A stretch of DNA of 64,000 bases from Vicinamibacteria bacterium (GTDB lineage Bacteria > Acidobacteriota > Vicinamibacteria > Marinacidobacterales > Marinacidobacteraceae), in the NCBI GenBank assembly GCA_963668695.2, contig CAXXLQ010000004.1, positions 2,016,001 through 2,080,000 of the forward strand, written 5' to 3'. Below the pieces are notes generated by a model. It had not been told where the DNA came from. It saw only the letters and a program-made list of their open reading frames with translations, and did no database searches. Below are positions 1 through 9,921 of the stretch, piece after piece. The first letter of the stretch is position 1. The number at the start of each line of letters is the position of its first letter. The translations under genes were made by a program, and so were the position numbers.

Positions 1-99
1 CCGGGCGGTTCGGGGGCGGGGGCGTGTCGCCGAGAACCCGTGTGACGCGGATCGGCCCGGTGATGTGCCCCCGTCCCCGAACCGCTAGCCGCATCCCTC

Positions 100-1866
100 T
101 CAGCCGCCCACCGGTGGTTTCCTCAGGTGGAAGTCCGTCGCCTGCTGGTATGCGTGGGCGAGCGTCAGGATCTCGGTATCCCCGTAGAGCTTTCCCGTCA
201 TCCGCAGGCTGGTCGGCGACCCTTCGTGGTAGCCGTTCGGCATACAGACCTCGGGATGCCCGGTCAGGTTGGTGAGCCCCAGGCTCGATCCGATGAATAG
301 GTCGAGATCTCCGAACGCCTCGTCGAATTCCTGCATGATCCGGGTCCGCACCCGCATCGCCTGGATGTACTCCACCGCGGGGACGAAACGGTGCAGGCGG
401 AAGGAGTCCGGCCAACTGCTTTCTTCCGGGGGCGCCTTCATCGCGAGGTCGGCGCCGCTCCGGGAGAGGGCGTCGTGCGCCGCGGCGGATTCGGTGCTCA
501 GCACGAACGAGAGGTCATTCCAGTCCAGCTCGGGGAGCTCGAACGGGGTGATCGTGACCCCGATGCCGCGCAGCACTTCGATCCCCGCCCGGGTGTTCGC
601 CTGCGAGGTCCGCTGAAGCGCCGTCCGTTCCGGGTTCTCCGGATCGTCTTCGATCTCGTCTTCGACCGCGGCCCGGTCGTACCCCACCCGGAGCGCGGTC
701 GGATCGGCCGACGCGTCCCAGGCGAACGGAGGATCGTGCACCGCGCGGTCGAGTCCGTCGGCGCCCCGGATGGTCTCGAACACGAGGGCGCAATCTTCGG
801 CGCTGCGGCACATCGGCCCGATCTTGTCCATCGTCCAGGAGAGCGCCATGGCGCCCGCGCGGCTGACCCGGCCGAACGTGGGACGGTGGCCCGTGATCCC
901 GTTCCTGGTCGAGGGCGAGATGATCGAACCCCGGGTCTCGGTGCCGATCGAGAACCCGACGAGCCCGGCGGAGGTCGCCGAACCCGGCCCCGCTGAGGAT
1001 CCGCTCGATCCTTGCTCCGTGTTCCAGGGATTGCGGGTTCGGCCGCCGAACCAGCGGTCCCCCTGGGCGAGGGCGCCCATCGTCAGCTTGGCGACCAGCA
1101 CCGCGCCGGCCTCGGTCAGGTTCGTATAGACAGTCGCGTCCTCGTCGATTACCCGGTCGCGGTAGGGGGAAGCCCCCCAGGTGGTCTTCGTGCCCTTGAC
1201 CGCCAGCAGGTCCTTGGCTCCCCACGGGATCCCATGGAGCGGTCCGCGGTAGTTGCCGGCGGCGATCTCTTCGTCGGCGCGCGCCGCCTGCTCCCGCGCC
1301 AGGTCTTCGGTCTGGTTCACCACACACATCAGAACCGGATCGAACTCCTTGAGTCGCGCCAGGTAGAGCTCGGTCAGCTCGGTGGAGGTGACCTCGCGGG
1401 ACTCGACGAGCCGCGCCAGGTGGGTTACGGGAAGGAATGCGAGGTCGGTGTTGGACGCCGGGCGGGGGACCTCCGGCTGGGAACGCCGCATACCGCCGGC
1501 CGTCTCCGGCATCGGCTTCCCGGGGGGCAGGGGATGGAAGACGAAGGACGGCGGCAGGTGGTTGTGGATCTCCGGATCCCGGATGCCCCGGTAGGCGTCC
1601 AGCAGGTTCCGCTCGCCGTTCAGCCGTTCGGCCACGACGGACAGCTCGTCGTCGGAGAGATCCAGTCCCGCGAGTTGTTGCGCCGTGCGCAACATCCCGA
1701 CGGACACCGTGTCCGCGTCGGCGGCGCAGGCGGTAAGCGCCCCGGGAAGCAGAGTGGAACCGAGTCCCAGCCCGGAGAGCCCGGCGACGAAGCGGCGCCG
1801 GTTCCAGGCAAGCCGTTCCGGTCCCGGCGAGGGGATGGAGGAAGGAGGAGCAAGGGTGTCGGCCAT
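100..1866 (-). CDS. Amidase-signature (GatA-like) amidase with twin-arginine signal
   Basis: GPLHGIPWGAKD, GSSGSSAG and IGTETRGSI amidase motifs; N-terminal NRRRFVAGL Tat-like motif. Confidence 0.9.
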   Translation of the reverse strand: MADTLAPPSSIPSPGPERLAWNRRRFVAGLSGLGLGSTLLPGALTACAADADTVSVGMLRTAQQLAGLDLSDDELSVVAERLNGERNLLDAYRGIRDPEIHNHLPPSFVFHPLPPGKPMPETAGGMRRSQPEVPRPASNTDLAFLPVTHLARLVESREVTSTELTELYLARLKEFDPVLMCVVNQTEDLAREQAARADEEIAAGNYRGPLHGIPWGAKDLLAVKGTKTTWGASPYRDRVIDEDATVYTNLTEAGAVLVAKLTMGALAQGDRWFGGRTRNPWNTEQGSSGSSAGPGSATSAGLVGFSIGTETRGSIISPSTRNGITGHRPTFGRVSRAGAMALSWTMDKIGPMCRSAEDCALVFETIRGADGLDRAVHDPPFAWDASADPTALRVGYDRAAVEDEIEDDPENPERTALQRTSQANTRAGIEVLRGIGVTITPFELPELDWNDLSFVLSTESAAAHDALSRSGADLAMKAPPEESSWPDSFRLHRFVPAVEYIQAMRVRTRIMQEFDEAFGDLDLFIGSSLGLTNLTGHPEVCMPNGYHEGSPTSLRMTGKLYGDTEILTLAHAYQQATDFHLRKPPVGG

Positions 1867-1886
1867 GGGTTCATTGTGCTCGCTCA

Positions 1887-2067
1887 GCAGCCTGTGGGTA
1901 AAGTGGCGTGAGCGCCGAGGCTGGCGAGGCGCGCGGCTGACAAGGCGCGCGAGGGAGGAATACCGGGTGTATTTCGACCGAAGCGCAACGATGAGCGCCT
2001 TCGAGAGGCGCGATTCAGCCGGGATGGATCGCCAGCCAAACGCCGCGCGACTTTGTCCACCGGCTGC
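1887..2067. mobile_element. MITE family A copy (minimal form, no 20-nt module)
   Basis: Ends GCAGCC...GGCTGC, flanked by TCA on both sides; core ggctgacaaggcgcg...gaataccgggtgtatttcgaccgaa...cagccgggatggatcgcc shared with other copies. Confidence 0.8.
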
Positions 2068-2122
2068 TCAGCTTTTCGCCGCCACCGGCTCGAAGCCGCC
2101 CCCGCCGGAAGGAACCGCCCTC

Positions 2123-3121
2123 ATGACGATCCCCGAGACTCTCCGCGTCCATCTGGCGACCGACGCCGGCGAAGCCGGTTACTACCGGCTGGACCGCGAG
2201 CGTTTCGAGAATGCGGGAAAGGAGTTTCTCGACACCTTCCGGCGGCTCCGACCCACGTATTCCAATGACGAGGCCGGCTTCGTCCAGGGTGTCCGTGATG
2301 CGGACATCCTGGTGGGCTGGAAGTTCCCCCGGCCGGGGCTCGTGGAACGCGCCCCCAACCTCCGGTGGGTGCAACTCATCGGCGCCGGGGTGGACCACCT
2401 GTACCCGCTCGACTGGCTGCCCGCCGGCGTGAAGCTGATCACCGCGAGCGGCGTCCACACCAGGAAATCCTTCGAGTACGTCCTGATGGGGCTCGTGGCA
2501 CTCCATACCCGGCTGCCCCAACTCGCCGAACAGCAGCGCCGCCGGACCTGGAAGAAGATTCAGACCGGGACCCTTCCGGGAAAGACGGCGCTGGTGATCG
2601 GCCTGGGGGCCGTGGGGACGGGCGCCGCGGAAGCGGCGCGCACTCTGGGCATGCGGGTCCTCGGGGTCCGGCGGACGGCGCGTCCCCACCGCTTCGTGGA
2701 CGAGCTCTTTGGTCCCGGGGACCTTGCGAGAGCCTTGCCGCGCGCCGACTATGTCGTCCTCGCGGCGCCGCTCACGAGAGACACCGAAGAGATCCTGGGC
2801 GAACGCGAACTGGACCTGCTGCCCGAGGGGGCGGGCATCGTCAACCTGGGACGGGGCCGGCTGGTCGCCCAAGCAGCGCTCGAGGCCGGGCTCCGCAGCG
2901 GAAGGATCGGGGGCGCCTTTCTCGACGTGGTGTGGCCTGAACCGCACCCCCCCGAGAGCACCCTCTGGGACGCCCCGAACCTGTTCATCACCCCCCACGT
3001 CGGCGCCGACGACATCGAGAACTACGTGCCGGAGGTCTTCCGGATCGCGCTCGGAAACATGGCCCGCTTCTTCGCAGGCCGCCGGCTCCGGAACATCGTG
3101 AACCGGCGCCGGGGCTATTGA
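2123..3121 (+). CDS. D-2-hydroxyacid dehydrogenase family protein
   Basis: IGLGAVG Rossmann motif, VNLGRG, FLDV, ITPHVG; start moved to ATG 2123 because the longer ORF runs through the MITE. Confidence 0.88.
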   Translation: MTIPETLRVHLATDAGEAGYYRLDRERFENAGKEFLDTFRRLRPTYSNDEAGFVQGVRDADILVGWKFPRPGLVERAPNLRWVQLIGAGVDHLYPLDWLPAGVKLITASGVHTRKSFEYVLMGLVALHTRLPQLAEQQRRRTWKKIQTGTLPGKTALVIGLGAVGTGAAEAARTLGMRVLGVRRTARPHRFVDELFGPGDLARALPRADYVVLAAPLTRDTEEILGERELDLLPEGAGIVNLGRGRLVAQAALEAGLRSGRIGGAFLDVVWPEPHPPESTLWDAPNLFITPHVGADDIENYVPEVFRIALGNMARFFAGRRLRNIVNRRRGY

Positions 3122-3225
3122 TCCCCGACAGCCCGCCGGCATCCGCCGCGCCGGCCAGGCTGTTGACTCGCAGCGCTCGAGATGGCCATGATTCATGGCC
3201 ATCTCACTCCGTTCGAACCCGTCCC

Positions 3226-3474
3226 ATGATCCACGATTCTCCGGCCGCGCCTCCCACCGTCACCGTCAGCGAGTTCAAGCTGCGATGCCTTGAGTTGTTG
3301 AAACGACTCGGTCCCGAAGGAGTCGTGCTCACGCGGCGTGGCGAACCGGTCGCCCAGGTGATCCCGTACCCGTCCAGCCCGGCCTCCTTGATCGGTTGCA
3401 TGCGCGGCAAGCTGACGATCCGGGGCGATGTCCTCTCGACCGGGATCGCGTGGGAGTCGGATGATCAATCTTGA
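3226..3474 (+). CDS. Phd/YefM-family antitoxin
   Basis: VTVSEFKLRCLELL...VVLTRRGEPVAQVIP pattern; overlaps start of a PIN toxin gene. Confidence 0.85.
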   Translation: MIHDSPAAPPTVTVSEFKLRCLELLKRLGPEGVVLTRRGEPVAQVIPYPSSPASLIGCMRGKLTIRGDVLSTGIAWESDDQS

Positions 3475-3861
3475 CACGCATATCCTGCTCCACGGGTTCA
3501 CCGGCGATCTCCGACCCCGCGAACAAGCGCTCCTGGCGGCGAATCCGTGGAGCATTGCGGCGATCGTGCTCTAGGAGATCGTCTCGCTGGCGCGGCTTGG
3601 GCGATCGTGCTCTAGGAGATCGTCTCGCTGGCGCGGCTTGAGCGCGTCTCGGTAGATCTGGATGACCGGGAGTTCCGGTCCTACCTGAATCGCGTCCATA
3701 TTTGGCCGCTGGACCTCCGGGTCGCGGTAGCCCTCAACCGGCTGGACTTCCGGGCCGATGCGGCCGATGAACTGATCGCCGCGACCAGCGTCGCCTACGC
3801 TGTCCCCTTGCTCACCCGCGACCGCCGCATCCTGCAGTCGCAGGTTGTGCCCCTGGCGTGA
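3461..3861 (+). pseudogene. VapC/PIN toxin pseudogene
   Basis: MINLDTHILL start and ADELIAATS...LLTRDRRI end; in-frame TAG at 3572-3574 and a 41-bp tandem duplication (units start 3560 and 3601) that shifts the frame. Confidence 0.85.
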
Positions 3862-3885
3862 CGGCGCGCGCCGTGCGGCGCGGCT

Positions 3886-4719
3886 TCAGGTTTCGTCCAC
3901 CACTGCGTTCCGGAGCACTCCGACCCTTCCGATCTCCACTTCGACCACGTCCCCCGGTTTCATGAAGAGCTGCGGATCGCGGGCGACGCCCACCCCCGAC
4001 GGGGTGCCGGTCGAGATCACGTCCCCAGGATGAAGGGGATGGATCCGGGAGAGGTAGGCGATCAGCTCGCGCACCGGATAGGTCATCTGTGAGGTGTGGC
4101 TCTGCTGGACCCCCTCGCCGTTCAGCCGGGTCTCGATCCGGAGATCCTGCGGATCGGAAATCTCGTCCGCGGTGACCAGAAACGGACCGAATCCGCCGGT
4201 GCGCCAGAAGTTCTTGCCGGGGCCGAACTGGGTGCTGTGACCCTGGTAGTCGCGTACCGAGGCGTCGTTGAAGCACGCGTAACCCGCCACGTGGTCGAGC
4301 GCCGCAGCTTCCGGGATGTGCCGGCCGGGCCGGCCGATGACCACTGCGAGTTCGCCTTCGAAGTCGAGCTGGTGCGAGGCGGTGGGCCGCACCAGCGCCT
4401 CCCCGTGTCCCACCAGCGAGGCCGGAAACCGGGTGAAGAGCGTCGCGTAGTCCGCCTTCGCCCTCCCGGTCTCGAGCCGGTGGTCCTCGTAGTTGAGGCC
4501 GACGCACCAGAGCGCGCCGGGCCGCGGGATGAGAGGCAGGAAACGGACGTCGGACAGGAGCGGCGCCGTGTCCCAGTCGATATCCCGGTGGGGCAGGGGA
4601 CCGGCAAGCCGGTCGGCGAGCGGAGCCGGCCCGTCGAACGGTTGGTAGCGGGAGCCGTCAGGCGAAACGACGGCCGGGGTTTCACCCCTGCCGGGAACGA
4701 GGAGGGTCGCGAGTCGCAT
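3886..4719 (-). CDS. Fumarylacetoacetate hydrolase family protein
   Basis: CVGLNY, LDFEGELAVVIG, NDASVRD, GDVISTGTPSGVG motifs. Confidence 0.92.
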   Translation of the reverse strand: MRLATLLVPGRGETPAVVSPDGSRYQPFDGPAPLADRLAGPLPHRDIDWDTAPLLSDVRFLPLIPRPGALWCVGLNYEDHRLETGRAKADYATLFTRFPASLVGHGEALVRPTASHQLDFEGELAVVIGRPGRHIPEAAALDHVAGYACFNDASVRDYQGHSTQFGPGKNFWRTGGFGPFLVTADEISDPQDLRIETRLNGEGVQQSHTSQMTYPVRELIAYLSRIHPLHPGDVISTGTPSGVGVARDPQLFMKPGDVVEVEIGRVGVLRNAVVDET

Positions 4720-4818
4720 AGGGCGGAGCGCCGGCCTCCGGCCGGCATCGCCGCCCCGGAGGGCGGTCAAACAGCGTAACGGTAACGGTCCGGGTGGCGT
4801 TTCCCGAAGCGCGGGATG

Positions 4819-5223
4819 CTATCTGTCCCGGGAGCGGGCGCGGGCCAGCGCCCGGGCAAAGGTGTGGGGTTCGCCGTTCCATGCGCCGCCCGGCGCCGGG
4901 ACGAAATCCGCCGGTGGGGGTCCGGGATGGATATACAGCGCCAGTGGTTCGGTTTCCCCTTCCGGCCGGACCGCCACCCGCCGATAGCCGAACTGGCTCT
5001 CGAAGGCGTCCAACTGCGCCACGGTTCCCTCATCTACCCGGTAGGTCTCCACCACCACCGCGTTCACCGCGCCGGACGGGACGAGCATCGGGTACTCCTC
5101 GTTCCCGAACAGGCGATAGGGAATCCGAACCGGTCCCGCGCCGACGAGCGGGACTCCCCCGAGGAATGCCTCGTGGTTCGCGTGGCCGCGCTTCAGCGTT
5201 CCGTAAACCCCGACCAGCGTCAC
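4819..5223 (-). CDS. Gamma-glutamylcyclotransferase (AIG2-like) family protein
   Basis: VYGTLKRG motif and LDAFE motif. Confidence 0.85.
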   Translation of the reverse strand: MTLVGVYGTLKRGHANHEAFLGGVPLVGAGPVRIPYRLFGNEEYPMLVPSGAVNAVVVETYRVDEGTVAQLDAFESQFGYRRVAVRPEGETEPLALYIHPGPPPADFVPAPGGAWNGEPHTFARALARARSRDR

Positions 5224-5226
5224 GTC

Positions 5227-6957
5227 CTACTCCCCGGCGTTCCAGACCACCTTTCCGCCGACGATGGTCATCGCGACCTCCGCCTCGGGGATCTCCTCGT
5301 CCGGCACCGTGAGGATGTCCTTCGTGAGCACGACGATGTCCGCGTACTTCCCTGGCGTCAGGCTCCCCTTGACGTCCTCCTCAAAGGCGGACCAGGCGGC
5401 CGCCATCGTGTAGGAATAGAGCGCCTCCTCGCGGGTCAGGGCTTGCTCGGGATAGAACCGGGTGCCGTCGGGCAGCTCCCGGGTCACCGTGGCGAAGTAG
5501 CTCGGGAGGGGATTCACGTCCTCTACCGGAGCGTCGGTGCCGTTGGTCACCAACGCCCCGGAATCGAGCAGCGACCGCCACACGTAGGCGCCGGTCCGGG
5601 CGCGTTCGTCGCCGAGCTTTTCCGGAACCCAGGGTCCGTCCGAGGTCGCGTGGACCGCCTGCATCGAGGCGATCACGCCGAGTTCGCCGAACCGCGGAAT
5701 ATCGTCGGGGTGGATGTGCTGCGCGTGCTCGATCCGGAAGCGGAGGTCGGGCCCGTTCACTCCCGCCTCGCCGAAGGCCCTTTCGTAGGCGTCGAGGATC
5801 TCGCGGTTACCCCGGTCGCCGATCGCGTGGGTGTTCACCTGGAAGCCGTGGCGGATGGCGATCCGCGCGGTTTCCTCGATGTCCTCTACTTCCTCGATCA
5901 CCAGACCCGCGCTCGAGGGCATGTCGTCGTACGGCTCGAGCAGCCACGCGCCGTGGGCGCCGAGGGCGCCGTCCACCTGCCGCTTGATGGACCGCACGGT
6001 AAGGAAGCCGTCGGCGTGGTTCGTCATCAGGAAGTCGGGAAGCCTGGCGTCCATCTCCTCGTTCGACTGTCCCCGCACCATCACGTAGAGCCGTATCGGA
6101 AGCCGCCCGGCCTCCGCCATCTCCTTGAAGAAGGAGATCATCTCGAACGAGGATCCCGCGTCCTGGAACGAGGTGACTCCCTTGCGGAGCGACTCTTCCG
6201 CGGCCAGTTCGAGCTGCAGCTCCAGCTCCGCGCGCCGTTCCTCGTCGCTCCGTTCCGCCAGGGCCCGATCACGGGCGCGCGCCACGAGGCGCTGCGCCGT
6301 CTCCCGGAGCGCTCCGGTCGCCTTGCCTTCGGCGTCCCGCACGATGGTGCCGCCCGGCGGGTCGGGGGTGCTCCGGTCGATCCCGGCCAGCTCCATCGCG
6401 AGGGCGTTGGCGAAAGCGGCGTGGCCGCTCGCGTGCCGGAGCAGCACCGGGTTCTGCGGGGAAATCTCCGATAGACCCAGGTGATGGGGTAGTCCCTCCA
6501 CCGCGCCGCCCGGGATCTGGTCCCACTTCTCCTGATGCCAGCCGCGCCCGTCGATCCAGCCCCCCTCGGGAGCCTCGGCGACCGCCTCGGCGACCATGTC
6601 CACGATGCGGTTCCAGTTGTCCGCCTCGCCCAGCTTCAGGATCATCTGGGCGTTTCCGACCCCCATGAAGTGGCCGTGACCCTCGATGAAACCGGGAATC
6701 GCCAGCCTGCCCTCGAGCTGGATGACCTCGGTGTCGGGCCCGGCGGTCGCCTCGATCTCCGCGGTGGTGCCCACGGCCGCGATCCGGCCGTTCCGAACCG
6801 CCACCGCTTCCGCTTCGGGGTGGTCGGGATCCACGGTCACGACCCGGCCACCGAGCAGCACCAGATCGGCGGGACCGCCGATATCGGGCGCCTGGGGGCC
6901 GCAGCCGAACGCCAGGGGTACGGCGACCAGAAACGTGAGACGAGAAAGGAGACGCAT
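5227..6957 (-). CDS. Amidohydrolase_3 (YtcJ-like) protein, probable lipoprotein
   Basis: PGFIEGHGH, HAIGD, RIEHAQ, GTDAPV, GKYADIVVL; signal ending AFGC. Confidence 0.9.
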   Translation of the reverse strand: MRLLSRLTFLVAVPLAFGCGPQAPDIGGPADLVLLGGRVVTVDPDHPEAEAVAVRNGRIAAVGTTAEIEATAGPDTEVIQLEGRLAIPGFIEGHGHFMGVGNAQMILKLGEADNWNRIVDMVAEAVAEAPEGGWIDGRGWHQEKWDQIPGGAVEGLPHHLGLSEISPQNPVLLRHASGHAAFANALAMELAGIDRSTPDPPGGTIVRDAEGKATGALRETAQRLVARARDRALAERSDEERRAELELQLELAAEESLRKGVTSFQDAGSSFEMISFFKEMAEAGRLPIRLYVMVRGQSNEEMDARLPDFLMTNHADGFLTVRSIKRQVDGALGAHGAWLLEPYDDMPSSAGLVIEEVEDIEETARIAIRHGFQVNTHAIGDRGNREILDAYERAFGEAGVNGPDLRFRIEHAQHIHPDDIPRFGELGVIASMQAVHATSDGPWVPEKLGDERARTGAYVWRSLLDSGALVTNGTDAPVEDVNPLPSYFATVTRELPDGTRFYPEQALTREEALYSYTMAAAWSAFEEDVKGSLTPGKYADIVVLTKDILTVPDEEIPEAEVAMTIVGGKVVWNAGE

Positions 6958-7016
6958 GGGATTCCTCCGCGGGACCGGGCAGCGTAACGCCATGCTCGGT
7001 TGGGTACAGTCCCGGG

Positions 7017-8852
7017 ATGCTCAAGCCTCGATCGCTCCGCGCGTCCGTCGGCGCGCTCCTGCTCCTGCTGCCCGGTCCCGCCGCCGCCCAGTGGTATCCC
7101 GAGCCGGATCTCGTGTTGACCGGCGCCGAGGTTCGGACCGTGGACGCGGAGGACTCGCTCGCCGAGGCCCTCGCCATCAAGGATGGCCGCGTCGTGGCGG
7201 CGGGGACGGCCTTGGAGGTCGGCGCGCTGGCGGGTCCGAACACGCGGACCGTGGACCTCTCCGGGAAGACGGTGATCCCCGGCATCCAGGACTCGCACAT
7301 CCACTTCCTGTCGCTCGGGCGCGACATTACGAACGGCGTGGAGCTGAGTTACGCGGAGTCGGCGGAAGACATCGCGGCCGGGGTACGCAATCGGATCGCG
7401 GAGAGTCGGATCGAGCCCGGCGAGTGGGTGGTGGGGCGCCGCTGGGACCAGTTCAAGTACCCGCAGATGGTGACCCGCTGGCAGCTCGACGAGGCCGCGC
7501 CCGCGAACCCGGTGGCGCTCTACCGGGTGTACCGGGGCGTCGCGGTGAACACCGAGGTGTTTCGCCGCATGGGGATCGAAGACGGCGATCCGTCCACCTG
7601 GCCGTCGTGGTGGCTCGAAGATCCCGACAACTTCACCTTCGAGGACCAGGTCCTGCGGGAGTCCCGGGAGGTGGTAGTGGACGGCGCGGCGGCGACCCGG
7701 GAGATCCCGACGGGAGTTTTTCTCGGGTCGCGGGCATCGCGCCTCGTCACGGAGCGGCCTCCGCCCGATGACTTCGAGGACGATGTCGAGAGCGTCCGGC
7801 TGGGGGTTGAGGAGTTGCTCTCGCTCGGCGTGACCTCCATCGTGGACCCCTCGTCCCGGATGGGACACAACATGCGGGTCTATCAGGAAGCAGTGAACCG
7901 CGGAACCTTGCGGCTCCGGATCGCCGCGGTGTACGAGGGCACCTTCAACACCCACGCGCCCGAGGCCATTTCCTCACACCTCGACGGCATCAAGGTCAAC
8001 AATCTCGGCGACCGCTTCCTCCGCTGGCGCGGAGTCAAGGTGTACGGCGACGGGGGCGTGGGCACCCGGAGCGCCTGGATGTCCGAGCCCTTCCACATGT
8101 GGGACGAAATCGAAGGGGAGCGGAACCTGGGCAATCCCGTGGTGGAAAGCTACCCGGAGCGCGAGGCGCAATACCGCGCCATCCGGAGCCACGGCTGGGA
8201 CCTCCACACCCACAGTTGTGGCGACCAGGCGATGCGCCAGACCGTGGACCTCTACATGGAGCTGCTCGACGAGATGCAGGAGGAGAGCGGAGAACTTCCC
8301 GACCTGCGCTGGAGCGTCATCCACGCCTACTTCCCCATCGAACCCAAGACCCGGGTCCTCGACGACATGGCCCGCTACGGCATCGTGGCCGCCACCAATC
8401 CGGTCTTCAACTGGCAGCAGGGGTTCTCGTTCGCCGCCAACTCGGGGCCGGAGCGGATGGCGCGGCTACAGCCTTTCCGCAGCTACATGCGGGGCGGGGT
8501 GATCATGGCTTCGGGCTCGGATTACGGCGTGACCACTCACAACCCCTGGATGGGCTTCTACGCTCTCCTGACCCGCAAGGACCAGAAATTGGGAATCGTT
8601 CACGGAGAGGACGAGACGGTCACGATTGCGGAGGCGCTCCGCTCCTACACCTGGAACGGCGCTTTCCTGACGCACGACGAGGAGGACCGCGGGAGCCTGG
8701 AGTCGGGCAAACTGGCCGATCTCGTGGTGCTCGATCTTTCGGGGCTCGATGTGCTGGAGGAGGATCCCGAACTCCTCTTCTCGATGCGCGAGCGCGTGGT
8801 GGCCACGATGGTGGAGGGAGAGATCGTGCACGGGAGTCTCCCGTCGCGGTAA
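7017..8852 (+). CDS. Amidohydrolase_3 (YtcJ-like) secreted protein
   Basis: PGIQDSHIH, HSCGD, GSDY, GKLADLVVL; signal peptide ending AAA. Confidence 0.9.
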   Translation: MLKPRSLRASVGALLLLLPGPAAAQWYPEPDLVLTGAEVRTVDAEDSLAEALAIKDGRVVAAGTALEVGALAGPNTRTVDLSGKTVIPGIQDSHIHFLSLGRDITNGVELSYAESAEDIAAGVRNRIAESRIEPGEWVVGRRWDQFKYPQMVTRWQLDEAAPANPVALYRVYRGVAVNTEVFRRMGIEDGDPSTWPSWWLEDPDNFTFEDQVLRESREVVVDGAAATREIPTGVFLGSRASRLVTERPPPDDFEDDVESVRLGVEELLSLGVTSIVDPSSRMGHNMRVYQEAVNRGTLRLRIAAVYEGTFNTHAPEAISSHLDGIKVNNLGDRFLRWRGVKVYGDGGVGTRSAWMSEPFHMWDEIEGERNLGNPVVESYPEREAQYRAIRSHGWDLHTHSCGDQAMRQTVDLYMELLDEMQEESGELPDLRWSVIHAYFPIEPKTRVLDDMARYGIVAATNPVFNWQQGFSFAANSGPERMARLQPFRSYMRGGVIMASGSDYGVTTHNPWMGFYALLTRKDQKLGIVHGEDETVTIAEALRSYTWNGAFLTHDEEDRGSLESGKLADLVVLDLSGLDVLEEDPELLFSMRERVVATMVEGEIVHGSLPSR

Positions 8853-9563
8853 CAGCCGGTGGTGGAACCCGGGTGAGCGCCGAGGTCGGCCAGTTCTCCC
8901 GGTGGGGCCAGTCCTCCCGGTGGGGGCCCGGCTGACGAGGCGCGTGAGGGAGGAGCCCCCACCGGGAGAACTGGCCCGGGTGTATTTCGACTGAAACGCA
9001 ACGATGAGCGGCGCGCAGCGACGCGGTGAACAGCCGGTGGTGGAACCCGCGGGAGCGCCGAGGCGCCCGGCTGACAAGGCGCGTGAGGGAGGAGCCCCCA
9101 CCGGGAGAACTGGCCCGGGTGTATTCCGACCGAAACGCAACGATGAGCGGCGCGCAGCGACGCGGTGAACAGCCGGTGGTGGAACCCACGTGAGCGCCGA
9201 GGCCGGTGAGGCGCCCGGCTGACAAGGCGCGTGAGGGAGGAATACCGGGTGTATTCCGACCGAAGCGCAACGATGAGCGGCGCGAAGCGACGCGGTTCAG
9301 CCGGGATGGATCGCCGGCCGAACGCCGCGCGGGTTTCATCACCGGTTGTTTGGCCGGTGGTGGATCGCCGGCCGAGCCCCCACCGGGAGAACTGGGCCGC
9401 GTGGGTTTCACTGCCGGCTGTCTGGCCGGGATGGATCGCCGGCCGAGCCCCCACCGGGAGAACTGGGCCGCGTGGGTTTCATCACCGGTTGTTTGGCCGG
9501 GATGCATCGCCGCTCGAGCCCCCACCGGGAGAACTGGGCCGCCGGGGTTTCACCACAGGCTGT
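8852..9563. mobile_element. MITE family A, internally amplified composite
   Basis: TA-ACAGCC...GGCTGT-TA; left TA lies in the amidohydrolase stop codon; repeated left-end and right-end modules; about 7 copies of the 20-nt module. Confidence 0.8.
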
Positions 9564-9605
9564 TAAGCGGAGGATCAAAGGATCCCGGATTCGACAAATC
9601 GCCGG

Positions 9606-9634
9606 TTGACATGCCGCCTGAGGAGCGGTACAAA
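9606..9634 (+). promoter_or_regulatory. Sigma70-type promoter
   Basis: TTGACA, 17-bp spacer, TACAAA. Confidence 0.6.
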
Positions 9635-9640
9635 CGCAAA

Positions 9641-9921
9641 CACCAACTTGACCCGGTTTCGGAAAGGGGGTCGGAAATGACTGCACCGCCGGACGACTTT
9701 GCACTCCAGGCCCCAACGGGGGTTCCGGGAGGGTCTGAAGGGAGCTTCCCGAACCGCGACGGGGCCTGGAACTCACGGGACGAGTTCCCGGGGTCCTGAC
9801 CACTCATACCGGCAGAAGCGGGGCTGATTGTCAGGGGCCGGAGCGCAGCAAGCGCCCGCCCCTACCGCTCCCCACTGCGATGAGGCCTAGCGGTTTCAGA
9901 GGGACCCCGGGGCTTTTTTTT
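9641..9921 (+). ncRNA. Candidate structured ncRNA or cis-regulatory leader (family not recognised)
   Basis: Four consecutive stem-loops after the promoter; last is a ~125-nt rod (cccggggtcc...ggaccccggg) followed by T8. Confidence 0.45.

Noticed and set aside
8466-9807. ORFs with recurring PTGRTG / PPPGEL / HRENW peptides (also near 14000, 45300, 51000-51900, 56200)
   Set aside because: Translations of the repeats in several frames, not a protein family.
9587-9830. tmRNA-like motifs GGATTCGAC and GGGGCTGATT; SAM-I-like ctcat...gatgag
   Set aside because: Motifs are out of order with no tRNA-like 3' end; the SAM-I core is absent.
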